64,000 bases of DNA from Candidatus Doudnabacteria bacterium. Its GTDB lineage: Bacteria; Patescibacteriota; Doudnabacteria; UBA920. The stretch is from positions 522,853 to 586,852 of the forward strand of contig CAWINB010000004.1 in the NCBI GenBank assembly GCA_963837465.1, read 5' to 3'. This document shows positions 17,535 through 26,703 of this stretch, in pieces. The first letter of the stretch is position 1; every line of letters begins with the position of its first letter. A program made the position numbers and the translations under genes. Under the pieces are notes generated by a model. The model was not told the DNA's origin, searched no databases, and saw only the letters and a list, made by a program, of their open reading frames with translations.

Positions 17535-18783
17535 CCCTAAAAACGACTTTGCCACGGATTTATTAACCATGATTCCTGAGAACAGGAAACAAGATGTGGT
17601 TTACTTTAATCCGCAAAGACAAAAGAACAGGCCTTTGGCTTTTCCGTTCTTTTCCAAGTTTTCCGGGGACAAGACCGATGAGGAAAAACTGGAGTTTTTA
17701 ATCTCCATTATGAAAAGGTTTGTGCAAATAGATTCCAGTTATTCTTGGGGGCCGGAACTGGAAAACATCCTAAGGCAACTGTTTGCTACGGCTTTTGTCT
17801 TGCCCGAGCAATCTCTGTCCGGCCTTGACTTACTGCTCCACCAGCAAAGCCAGATTAAAAACATTATCAGATATCTGCCGGAACGGCTTAAGGGGTTTTG
17901 GCAGGATTCAATTTTAAACCGAACAAACAACGATCTGGCTAAGTATTTGGCCACAACTAACAACAAGTTGGGCAAGTTTTTGGATTATCCCGAGTTTATG
18001 AATATCGTGGACAGACAGGGTACAAAAATATCCTTTGAAGATATGATTAACACCGGCAAGATATTTATAGCTAACCTTGGCTCTTCCAGCGAGCAGATGA
18101 AAAAGTACTATTCAGTTTATCTAACCGCCCATATTGCCGAGGCTATCTTTGGTCAGGCTAGGTTTAACAGCGAGGACAGAAAACCAGCAGTCTTTGTGGT
18201 AGATGAGTTCCAAAGAGTGGCCAGCGACATCTTTGAGACCTTGTTTTCCGAGGTTAGGGCTTTTAACACGGCCTTAGTCATCTCTAACCAGTTTATGGGT
18301 CAGCTGGATATTCGTATACAAAAATCCATAGAGTCCAACATTGCCACCAAAATCTTTATGCGGACCCAGTCGGTGGATGACGCCGAGATTGCCGAAAAGA
18401 TATTAGGCCAGAAGGTTTTAGTTGAAGACATTATTAACCTGCCCACAGGTACCGCTTACATCAAGACTTTGGTTAATGGTATACCCCAAGACCCCCTGTC
18501 TATTAATATCCAGAAAACAGAACATCCCAAAGACGCTTCCAAAGACATGGAGGATTACTTTATCAATATGGCTATGGACAAGTACGGTACACCCCTTGAG
18601 GACATATTAAAAGAGCGCACCGCCATAAATTCTCTCTATTATTCAGGAGGGCAAGAAAATAAATTTCACGAAGCTATGGGAAAGCATAGAACCTTTGCCG
18701 CCCCAGATCAAGGAACGGGAGGCAAAGACCAGCAGATGGAAGAACCGCCGGAGCCGGAGGATCCAGAGCCACAAAATATTTAA
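17458..18783 (+). CDS. HerA/FtsK/VirB4-VirD4 superfamily ATPase, C-terminal part
   Basis: LLIIDPKNDF (DP-x-G/N-D/E motif that follows Walker A in this superfamily), Walker B VFVVDEFQ, TALVISNQ. TTG start; continuous with 15909-17534 after a +1 shift. Confidence 0.55.
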   Translation: MSFARVMAGKKNALAALPKTALLIIDPKNDFATDLLTMIPENRKQDVVYFNPQRQKNRPLAFPFFSKFSGDKTDEEKLEFLISIMKRFVQIDSSYSWGPELENILRQLFATAFVLPEQSLSGLDLLLHQQSQIKNIIRYLPERLKGFWQDSILNRTNNDLAKYLATTNNKLGKFLDYPEFMNIVDRQGTKISFEDMINTGKIFIANLGSSSEQMKKYYSVYLTAHIAEAIFGQARFNSEDRKPAVFVVDEFQRVASDIFETLFSEVRAFNTALVISNQFMGQLDIRIQKSIESNIATKIFMRTQSVDDAEIAEKILGQKVLVEDIINLPTGTAYIKTLVNGIPQDPLSINIQKTEHPKDASKDMEDYFINMAMDKYGTPLEDILKERTAINSLYYSGGQENKFHEAMGKHRTFAAPDQGTGGKDQQMEEPPEPEDPEPQNI

Positions 18784-18805
18784 CAATTTTTGATTTTAAA
18801 ATTAT

Positions 18806-19708
18806 TTGCCCATGAATTTTAATAACCCCAATGTTAAATTAACCCCAAGACCCCAAGGCCAAAGCTACCACCTGCACATTAACCAATCGGCTTTGGAAGT
18901 TTTAGGTTTGATTTTTGAATTTAAACTGGCCACCGGCTGGCATATCTCCAGATTTTTAACCCAAAAGGACTATGTCCAATACGTCTATTTAAAGCTCCGT
19001 AGGATGTGGCAGGCAGGTTACTTGGAAAGCTTTAAAATTTCATCGGAATCCGCAAACGGCATCCCCGTCTACTATATACTCTCCCGCTCCGGCCTTAAAG
19101 TCTTAGCCGAACACGGCCTTTATTCTGAAAGCCAGCTGTCAAACTATCCCAAGGCTAAAACTCTGTTTTCTCCGCACTTGTTTAAACACGAATCAGCAGT
19201 TGTGGAACTGGCCAGTCTAGAAGCACAAAACAAGACAAAAGATTTAGACATCAAATTTAAAGGTGAACTAAGTTCCCAAGGCCAAAACATCTTAAGCGAC
19301 AAGACTGTTGAATCCTTAACTCCCGATTATACCGTCTATTATACCCATCAAGGCCAAAGTCATTGTGTCTACAGCGAATTGGAACGCACGTCAAAATCCA
19401 AAACAGCCCAGATTAAGAAAATTGAAAGATACTTGGATTTTTTGAGTTTTGAGCAAAGACAGGCTATAACGTTAAGGCTCATTTTCCAAACAGCGGGCAT
19501 GGAGCAGTCGTTTTGGTTAAACGCCTTAACTAATTTACCCAGGCTCCATAACATCAGGGTTGTTACAACAAATATTGCACTATTACACACGCCTGACAAG
19601 TTCCTTAAGCCCATTTATAGCTCGGAGCAAACAGTCAAACTCGGCAGGTTTGGCGGGCGGCTGACTGTTGATACATCCGGGCGTGTAAAGCTTTTTGAGT
19701 TTTTATGA
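18806..19708 (+). CDS. Replication-relaxation (Replic_Relax) family protein
   Basis: 300 aa. The N-terminal winged-helix-like segment LEVLGLIFEFKLATGWHISRFL resembles PF13814. Sits next to the coupling-protein-like ATPase. Confidence 0.5.
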   Translation: MPMNFNNPNVKLTPRPQGQSYHLHINQSALEVLGLIFEFKLATGWHISRFLTQKDYVQYVYLKLRRMWQAGYLESFKISSESANGIPVYYILSRSGLKVLAEHGLYSESQLSNYPKAKTLFSPHLFKHESAVVELASLEAQNKTKDLDIKFKGELSSQGQNILSDKTVESLTPDYTVYYTHQGQSHCVYSELERTSKSKTAQIKKIERYLDFLSFEQRQAITLRLIFQTAGMEQSFWLNALTNLPRLHNIRVVTTNIALLHTPDKFLKPIYSSEQTVKLGRFGGRLTVDTSGRVKLFEFL

Positions 19709-19856
19709 GTAGCGCGGTTACGGAGCTGTTAGATAAATGCGCGCGCAAGGGCGGGCGAGGCAAAGCGCATTACCTATTAATTTTCCCTCCTTTATATCTT
19801 AAAGGAGGTTTCGTTCTTTCAAACTAGTATGCGAATCAGCAGTTACTATAACGTGG

Positions 19857-20282
19857 TCAAGTACGTGAATACCAAGGAGCTTTCCCGCATCTTACCAATC
19901 GCTTGGTAACAGCAAGGTCTTCTGTTGATGGCTCAAGGCTACCGCTTGGGTGGTTATGGACGAATATCACTGAACAGCAATTCTTTAAAATAGCAGTCCT
20001 AAAACATTCCCGTGGATGGATAATGCTAGCGTTTAATGTGCCAATGCTAACCGTTTCTTTACCGGTAATTCTGTTTTGAGTGTCTAGAAAAAAGACTCGG
20101 AAGTTTTCTTTTCGGGCTTTTTTAATGTCTTTACACCTTAAGGCAATTTCAAGCGGACTGCAAATTGCATCCCGCACTGCCTTAACGTTTAAATTGTTAC
20201 TTACGTAGCTTTGGGCTTTCTCTTTAGCCTCGTTTTCGTTTTCAGCTGTGAAGCTGTAGTTAATGTTGATTTGGTATTCCAT
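19857..20282 (-). CDS. radC: RadC-like JAB/MPN-domain protein (3'-truncated)
   Basis: VIFVHNHPSGSLEPSTEDLAVTKRLV carries the HNHPSG JAMM motif. The ORF ends about 25 aa earlier than typical RadC. Good SD AAGGAG upstream. Confidence 0.7.
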   Translation of the reverse strand: MEYQININYSFTAENENEAKEKAQSYVSNNLNVKAVRDAICSPLEIALRCKDIKKARKENFRVFFLDTQNRITGKETVSIGTLNASIIHPRECFRTAILKNCCSVIFVHNHPSGSLEPSTEDLAVTKRLVRCGKAPWYSRT

Positions 20283-20304
20283 AAAACTCCTTTTTGATTA
20301 CTTG

Positions 20305-20419
20305 TTATGGCAACCAAAAAGAACTCTGGAATGTTTTGGCAGTCAAGGGTGCAGCCCCGCGGCGATTTATGCCCAGGCGTGCAGCGGAATAAAGAAGCCG
20401 CCCCTTTACGGCCAAAAAC
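20305..20419 (-). promoter_or_regulatory. Conserved structured leader element, copy A (upstream of radC)
   Basis: Shares TTATGGC...TGGCAGTCAAGGG...GCGATTTATGCCC...GAATAAAGA...CCCTTTACGGCCAAAAAC with 23494-23610. P1 TCAAGGG/CCCTT. P2 differs compensatorily between copies (GCGGC/GCCGC here, AAAAGC/GCTTTT in copy B). Confidence 0.35.
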
Positions 20420-20605
20420 CCAGAGTTACAATGGGAAGCCCTACGGAAGCAAAAAAGTTTTTAGTTTTAAAAAAATATAAACAAAACAAAAAAGCCCACC
20501 GTGTCCAGATAATGAGGCTGGGCGGCTGCTTTTTCGCTTTTTCGTTTCATGCTGAAAGCTCAACGCTTCAGCAAACCTCCTTTTATAATTTCTCTAGCTT
20601 TCTAA

Positions 20606-21283
20606 TTATTTGACCTGCCGCAGACCGCCATGTGGATGTCTCGGCCTTAGCTGCTCTTCATCGAGCGAATACTCCCGCTCAATGTGATTGGGGTTTACCA
20701 CCAGAATAGCCGTAGTCGGTCCGCCCCATGCCTTAGTACTTAGCAGGGTGCAGATACCTGTCCTTGGATTACCCGGTTTCTCGACGGCCAACAAGGTGTA
20801 ATCCAAACCAGCCCGCTGCTGGCCACCTTTTGACATATCGTAAAACCCAATATCCCTGGTGTCTCCTTTTTGCCGTCTGGGGCAATCCTCGCCGTGGCCG
20901 CAGACTTGGAACACCGCGACCAAGCTCGTTGGCATATCTTCCTTTATTGCCCAGCGAAGCCGAGTCGCCCCTATCAGACAAAGATCGAAGCGAACGCCCC
21001 GCATTTCCAGAATCCACTCGTTTACTACCGGCGGGACTTGGGCGGTCAGATCCAGAAAATGGATGGCTTGGTTTTGGGGCAGTAAGCCACCTTGTTCGTC
21101 GCGTGGTGCAATAACCGTTCTGCCCATCCCCAAACCAATATCAGCGGCGGCTCGCAAAAACCCTTGCAGCCAAGGAGGCTCGGTACTGAAGCCTGCTGGC
21201 AAACAGCCGGGGACGGACATTCCGTGACTATGAGCGTCACCCAGGACATCCTCGATCAGATCAAGCGATGGCATTACTATCAT
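20606..21283 (-). CDS. Hypothetical protein, GC-rich islet (possible metal-dependent phosphoesterase)
   Basis: 225 aa. Local GC about 55% against about 40% background. LGDAHSHG and CGHGED resemble weak metal-binding motifs. Confidence 0.35.
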   Translation of the reverse strand: MIVMPSLDLIEDVLGDAHSHGMSVPGCLPAGFSTEPPWLQGFLRAAADIGLGMGRTVIAPRDEQGGLLPQNQAIHFLDLTAQVPPVVNEWILEMRGVRFDLCLIGATRLRWAIKEDMPTSLVAVFQVCGHGEDCPRRQKGDTRDIGFYDMSKGGQQRAGLDYTLLAVEKPGNPRTGICTLLSTKAWGGPTTAILVVNPNHIEREYSLDEEQLRPRHPHGGLRQVK

Positions 21284-21531
21284 TTTTTTGATTTCCTTTT
21301 TTTTCTCGGCCCCGGCCAGTCGGCTAGGAACCGGCTAAAGTCAGCCTCGGCGATGATCCAAGACTGGCCGATTTTTGATGCTTTCAGTCGTCCCTCCGCA
21401 ATCATCAGGGTGACCGAGACTTGAGTGACGCAGAGTTCCAGCGCAACTATTGATGTCGTCAGCAGGGCCTGTCCGCAACAGGGACAAAGCCCTGGCTGAT
21501 AATCCGATTTGTTCCTCATTTCGTTTCCCAA
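21280..21531 (-). CDS. Excisionase/AlpA-family HTH DNA-binding protein
   Basis: 83 aa. LCVTQVSVTLMIAEGRLKASKIGQSWIIAEADFSRFL matches the HTH_17/Xis-family pattern. Basic tail KKRKSKK. Confidence 0.65.
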   Translation of the reverse strand: MGNEMRNKSDYQPGLCPCCGQALLTTSIVALELCVTQVSVTLMIAEGRLKASKIGQSWIIAEADFSRFLADWPGPRKKRKSKK

Positions 21532-22571
21532 AGGTTTCCCGACCTAATTGGGTAGCCGCGCAATTCGGGTATCCCCAAAAAGGTTGAACCGCTTTCCCGC
21601 TCGATCACAATGTCAATCGCTGCGTGCGACAACCCAGGGAATATGGGGCTCTGGCTTACATACTCTACATGCATCCCTGAATACCATCCGGGGAGCGGTT
21701 CAGGCCAAACGCCTTTTTCATTCGGACAAGCCTTGGCCTCCAAACCGATCAAGGATTCGCCATTGTAGCCAGCAGAAACTTCCACCAGACGCAGGTGTCC
21801 CTCCGGCACGTCTTTGAGGCGATGAACGAACTTAACCCGCACGCCCCATCCCAGCGTTTTTGACAATACAACGGCGCAATCCGCGAACTTTCCTCCTATC
21901 ATTTTTGCCGTTGCGAGGAAGTAAGTATTGTTGAATCGGTCACGATAGCCTACTACCAACTCCTGCTTGGTGTCGAAAAGCTCTTGCAAGTCAATGGAGA
22001 TTTCCTCAATCTCTACCCACTGTCCGGGAAGCTTAAATCCGAGCCGATAGAAACGAAGTAACCAGGACAGCTTGAGACTTCGGAATTGAGTATCTCGCAA
22101 CTCTTCGTGGTCTTTTTTGCTGATTAGTCCCCGGTCGAAAAGGTAGTCAATGCATTCTTCCCAATTCAAGCGGTATACTTTTTCCAAAAGACCGTATAGC
22201 CTAAATGCTGACCATGTGTAACCGCCCTCGGTGGCAATTACCCAGCTATCGCTAATGCGCGCCACGCAGAATCCTGCTCCATTACCTTCCCTGTCACGAT
22301 GAGCGATGTTACCGTGCACTACTGCCGGCTTGTTGTTTTGCCGGGCAACCTGTAGATCACGCAAAATCATGTGACCCAGTTCTGCCGTGGTAGCGACGGG
22401 AGCAACCTCGCCAGATGCACGATCACATTTCATTTGGTTAGTAATCGCTTTATGGCCGTCTCCATCTTGAGCGCAATCTGACGAAGTAGAGAACACCGTG
22501 CCGCGTAAAGCGTCACACACCCAAAGCAGAAAACCGCCTACGATAAACCACGTCTTATAGACTAAATTCAT
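21516..22571 (-). CDS. Hypothetical secreted/membrane-anchored protein, GC-rich islet
   Basis: 351 aa. N-terminal hydrophobic segment WFIVGGFLLWVCDA. Overlaps the HTH gene start (operon). Confidence 0.4.
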   Translation of the reverse strand: MNLVYKTWFIVGGFLLWVCDALRGTVFSTSSDCAQDGDGHKAITNQMKCDRASGEVAPVATTAELGHMILRDLQVARQNNKPAVVHGNIAHRDREGNGAGFCVARISDSWVIATEGGYTWSAFRLYGLLEKVYRLNWEECIDYLFDRGLISKKDHEELRDTQFRSLKLSWLLRFYRLGFKLPGQWVEIEEISIDLQELFDTKQELVVGYRDRFNNTYFLATAKMIGGKFADCAVVLSKTLGWGVRVKFVHRLKDVPEGHLRLVEVSAGYNGESLIGLEAKACPNEKGVWPEPLPGWYSGMHVEYVSQSPIFPGLSHAAIDIVIERESGSTFLGIPELRGYPIRSGNLWETK

Positions 22572-23043
22572 TTAAACCCCCTTCAAATTTTTGCTTGTTT
22601 CCAGTCACATGGGTGGCGAAATTGCCAAAACCACGACTTTCGCACAAAACAAAACCGCCTCAATCTTTTGTGAAAGAGGCGGTGTTAAGAACGAATTAAA
22701 TCACGCTCAAGACGGCCGCTTCCAGCAAAGTTGCAGCCATCATCATGTTTAAATTTTTTAGATAAAAATTCATGGGAATAAAATAAAAGACCCTTTTGCA
22801 AGGGCCTTGAATGTTGAAGATTTACACAAAACAAAATTCAGCCCTTGCGATTAAGGTTTAACATTTTCATCATTTCAGTTTTGGCAGAAATTTGTCGGTT
22901 CATAAGCTTAAAATCATCTTACTCCAATTAAAGAAAAATGTCAATGGGAGGGTACCACCATTATTTATTTGCGCCAATTTTTTTGCACTTATGGCCCATA
23001 GAAAAAGCCACCCTGTGAAGGATGGCTAAATCTTGTTTTTGGT

Positions 23044-23205
23044 TTAAACTTCAAAATATTTCTTGATGTTAAGGTTGCAGGAGCCGCAACCCGGACAGGT
23101 AATGGTGTCCAGGTCAATGATTTCTTGCCTGCTGGCGCTCCAGCAATTTTGGCAGTTGGGGCAGGTGATTAAGTATTGGAAGTAGGCTGTTAGTGTTTTT
23201 AGCAT
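23044..23205 (-). CDS. Small zinc-ribbon protein (53 aa), not in ORF track
   Basis: MLKTLTAYFQYLITCPNCQNCWSASRQEIIDLDTITCPGCGSCNLNIKKYFEV with CPNC...CPGC pairs. Confidence 0.3.
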   Translation of the reverse strand: MLKTLTAYFQYLITCPNCQNCWSASRQEIIDLDTITCPGCGSCNLNIKKYFEV

Positions 23206-23267
23206 TTGTGTTTTGTTAATTATTTTAAGAAAGAATTTTTGTTTTTGTTTTGGTTTTGGTAAGCGGT

Positions 23268-23465
23268 CTAGAGGGAATTCTTGACCGTGATGTACGAGGA
23301 AACTTTTTTCCCGTAATCGTGGTAGTCGCTGGACTTGGGATCTACAGACTTTCTCAACTCCAAGTAGTAGTTGATACTTCTCTGCAAAGCCGCCTTGATG
23401 ATATTTGACTTCATCTCCGGCGTCAGTCCCTGTTTTGCGCTAACTGCCTTTTTGAATTGTGGCAT
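23268..23465 (-). CDS. Hypothetical small protein (65 aa)
   Basis: Strong SD AAAGGAG 7 nt upstream of ATG. Preceded on the minus strand by structured leader copy B. Confidence 0.35.
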   Translation of the reverse strand: MPQFKKAVSAKQGLTPEMKSNIIKAALQRSINYYLELRKSVDPKSSDYHDYGKKVSSYITVKNSL

Positions 23466-23493
23466 GTTAACTCCTTTCTTTGCTTAATTATTA

Positions 23494-23610
23494 TGGCGAA
23501 ATAACACTGGCCGCAGGTTATGGCAGTCAAGGGATTAAAAGCGATTTATGCCCTACGGGAAATAAAGAGCTTTTACCCTTGACCGGCCATAAACGGACAG
23601 TAAAATGGAA
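23494..23610 (-). promoter_or_regulatory. Conserved structured leader element, copy B
   Basis: TGGCAGTCAAGGG...TAAAAGC-GATTTATGCCCTACGGGAAATAAAGA-GCTTTTA...CCCTTGACCGGCCA. Nested helices P1, P2 and CCC-TAC-GGG. A hairpin AGAGCGGT-ATGAATA-ACCGCTCT with T-run at 23655-23690. Confidence 0.35.
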
Positions 23611-23997
23611 ATCCATAAGAAAGCAAAGGCTGTTTTAAAAGCCGTAGACAACATAAAAGAGCGGTATGAATAACCGCTCTACATTTTTTGGTTTGTATTA
23701 AAATTTATTGGGCTTGCTTTTACAAGTCCAATTCGTCTAGATCAATCCCTACATCTTCCATTCTTTGTAAGGCCTCGTCTGCGTCGCCATTGTTAATCTG
23801 CTCGGCTAATTCTTCCTTAAGCCCGTCTTCGTCAACTTCCATTCTGATTTCATCGTCCAAATCTTCAAGCGGCATAAATTTTTCATATTATACTTCAACT
23901 TTACCATTCAAATCTATCAACCATATTTTGGATTGCTCCTTTAATGCGGTCAATAATTCCTTGTCGTTCTTTAATTTTAGGCACTTCTGGTAGTAAA

Positions 23998-26700
23998 TCA
24001 ACAATTTCCTGGCCATTGGGCAGTTTTTGTGTGTAAAGGTATTCGCCAATCAGAATGCTCAAACTTTTCAACTGGAATATTTTCAGCCTTTGCAATGCTC
24101 TTTAAACTCGCGGAACGCTCACTTGCCCAAAAATCGCTAAAGGCTTTTTCAACATCGTCCGCTTTGCCGATTTTTGGCAAATTTTCTTCAATAAATTTCT
24201 TGATTAAGTCTTTTTTCTTACGAAGCTGGACATCCCTGTCAAATAAACGCAAAATTTCTTCAGTTTTCTTTTTGCGCACAACATCGGAAGTGCTGTTTTT
24301 AATCCCCGCTAGAAGCAAAATAATGTAGTCAAAATTAATAATATCTCTGGTTGTCAATTCAATTTCAAAATCAATCTGGTCTAAAATAGATTCGGGTCCG
24401 TTATTGTTATTTTTACGGTCTTCATAAACATCTAAGTATTTGCTCTGGTAATCAAAAAATTCTTGCTCGGTTATCCCGAGATCCATAAATGAAAAATCCG
24501 CAAAAGTTTCCAGTGATGATTTGATTCTTAGCAAGTCACGAAATGTCTTTATAAACTCCGCTTTTTCTTCCTCGCCCTCTAGTTCGTCAACAAATGCAAT
24601 AGTTGGCACCTTTTCTCGCAATTCAGCAAGTTTATCTTCAAACTCTTTTTTTTGCATTTCGTAAGGCTTTTTAAATACGACTTCTTTAGCGTTTTCGTCG
24701 CCAAAAAGCGCCAAGGCTGTATCGGTTGCCTCTTTTAAGTTCCTAAACGACACAATATTGCCGTGGGGCTTGTCGGAGTTCAGCAGCCTGTTAGTGCGCG
24801 AATACGCCTGAATAAGCCCGTGGTAGCGTAAATTCTTGTCTACATACAGCGTATTAAGCCGTGGGCTATCAAAACCTGTTAAAAACATATTTACCACCAA
24901 GACAAGGTCAACTTCCTTATTCTTGATTCTTTTTTGCAAGTCTCGGTAATAATCGTAAAAACGGTCGGTTGAAAAATTGGTAGAATATTGTTTGTTGTAA
25001 TCTTTTATGCAATTTTCCAAAAAGTCTCTCGAATGCTGGTTAATGACCGCCCCTTCATCATTAAACACATCCACATCGAGCATATCGGAACTTTCGTCCT
25101 CATTGGCTTTATAAGTAAAAATTGTCGCAAGGCTAAAATCTGCCGTTTTTTTATTTTTTAGTAATTTATAGTATTTCTTTAATATTTCAATACTGGAAAC
25201 GGCGAATAACGCGTTAAATTTTCCATTCTTTGTTTTTCGTTTCCAATCCGCCAGAACGTAATCAGTAATTTTATTTAGCCGGTCGTCGCTTTCCAAAACT
25301 TCTTTGGTGTTTATGCCTTCCACCAATGAATCTGCAAAAATATCCGCATCTAGCGTATCTGGGTCTTTTTGTTTGTATTTTCCAACGTATTCAACCGCAA
25401 AACCCAACACATTGTTGTCGGAAATTGCGTGGGTAATAATGTATTTGTGCAAACATTCTTCAAAAACATCCACCGTGGTTACGCCACCAACATTATTTTC
25501 GGCAAAAATTGGCGTACCGGTAAAACCAAAAAGCTGGGCTTTTTTGAAGAAGCCTTTTATCCGCGCATGGGTCTGCCCAAACTGGCTTCGGTGGCATTCA
25601 TCAAAAATCACTACCACTTTTTCATTAGCCAAATATTCAAATTGTTTTAAATACGATTCTCTCCCAATAGCAATATCCAATTTTTGAATTGTGGTAACAA
25701 TAAGTTTTCTGTTTTTGTCTTCCAATTGTTTAACCAGGCTGTAAGTGTTGTTCGTACCGTCCACCGCGCCTTCGGAAAAAGAATTAAACTCATTAGTTGT
25801 TTGGATGTCCAAATCCTTCCGGTCAACCACAAAAATCACTTTTTTGATTTCCGGTATTTGCGAAAGCACCTGGCTGGCTTTAAATGATGTTAAAGTTTTT
25901 CCCGATCCGGTTGTGTGCCAAATATAGCCATTTTTGTTAGTTTCCTTAACGCGTTTTTCAATAGCTCTAACTGCATAATACTGATATGGCCTTAGCACCA
26001 TTGGGATTTTGGTAGTCTCCGCCAGTATAATATATTCCGCAATCATTTTTGACACAGTACACTTTTGCAAAAATACGTTAGCAAATTCATCCAGTTGGTT
26101 AATTTTCCTGTTGTCTACATCTGTCCAATAAAAAGTCTGCTCAAATGATTGTTTTGAGTTATTGGAAAAATATTTTGTATTGACTCCGTTAGAAATAACA
26201 AAAATCTGTATATATTCAAATAATGTTCCGGTAAAAGAATGCTTATGATATCTCTGTATTTGGTTAAAAGCCTCTTTTAACTCCATCCCCCGGCGCTTTA
26301 GCTCCACCTGTACCAGCGGCAAGCCATTTACCAACAAAGTTACATCGTACCTGTTTTCGTACTTGCCCACCTGGGTAATTTGCTGTGCCACCTGATACTC
26401 ATTCTTGCACCACTGTTCCATATTAAAAAACCGCGCATAAAAGATACTCCCATCATCCCGGGTCAAAACAAACCTGTCCCGCAAAGTCTTGGCTTTCTGG
26501 AATCTATCACCTTTGTTTAAATGATTTAATATCCTTGTAAATTCATCATGCGTAAAAACTACCCCATTAAACTTTTCCAACTGCTTACGTAAATTGACTA
26601 TCATTGCAGCACTGTCTTCCAACACCACAGGTAAAAATCCCAACCGCCTAAGCTGCTCAATTAATGTTTTTTCAAGTTGTTGTTCGGATTGATGAGTCAT
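23998..26700 (-). CDS. hsdR: Type I restriction enzyme R subunit
   Basis: 900 aa. Motif [14 protein letters not shown], motif [11 protein letters not shown] (DEAD/DEAH-box helicase core), N-terminal nuclease-like region. Last gene of the hsdM-S...R operon. Confidence 0.9.
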   Translation of the reverse strand: MTHQSEQQLEKTLIEQLRRLGFLPVVLEDSAAMIVNLRKQLEKFNGVVFTHDEFTRILNHLNKGDRFQKAKTLRDRFVLTRDDGSIFYARFFNMEQWCKNEYQVAQQITQVGKYENRYDVTLLVNGLPLVQVELKRRGMELKEAFNQIQRYHKHSFTGTLFEYIQIFVISNGVNTKYFSNNSKQSFEQTFYWTDVDNRKINQLDEFANVFLQKCTVSKMIAEYIILAETTKIPMVLRPYQYYAVRAIEKRVKETNKNGYIWHTTGSGKTLTSFKASQVLSQIPEIKKVIFVVDRKDLDIQTTNEFNSFSEGAVDGTNNTYSLVKQLEDKNRKLIVTTIQKLDIAIGRESYLKQFEYLANEKVVVIFDECHRSQFGQTHARIKGFFKKAQLFGFTGTPIFAENNVGGVTTVDVFEECLHKYIITHAISDNNVLGFAVEYVGKYKQKDPDTLDADIFADSLVEGINTKEVLESDDRLNKITDYVLADWKRKTKNGKFNALFAVSSIEILKKYYKLLKNKKTADFSLATIFTYKANEDESSDMLDVDVFNDEGAVINQHSRDFLENCIKDYNKQYSTNFSTDRFYDYYRDLQKRIKNKEVDLVLVVNMFLTGFDSPRLNTLYVDKNLRYHGLIQAYSRTNRLLNSDKPHGNIVSFRNLKEATDTALALFGDENAKEVVFKKPYEMQKKEFEDKLAELREKVPTIAFVDELEGEEEKAEFIKTFRDLLRIKSSLETFADFSFMDLGITEQEFFDYQSKYLDVYEDRKNNNNGPESILDQIDFEIELTTRDIINFDYIILLLAGIKNSTSDVVRKKKTEEILRLFDRDVQLRKKKDLIKKFIEENLPKIGKADDVEKAFSDFWASERSASLKSIAKAENIPVEKFEHSDWRIPLHTKTAQWPGNC

Positions 26701-26703
26701 AAA

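Noticed and set aside
20263-20613. 116-aa plus-strand ORF between radC and the islet
   Set aside because: It overlaps structured element A and a terminator-like hairpin and has no SD. More likely non-coding.
20764-21249. Cluster of overlapping 67-122-aa ORFs on both strands in the GC-rich islet
   Set aside because: High GC suppresses stop codons in all frames. The long minus-strand ORFs 20606-21283 and 21516-22571 explain the region.
23901-24095. 64-aa minus-strand ORF overlapping the hsdR 3' end in another frame, considered as a possible hsdR C-terminal frameshift
   Set aside because: The hsdR frame is open to a normal stop at 23998 and already has a plausible C-terminal helical region. 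There is no homopolymer at the overlap. Cannot be settled without homolog alignment.
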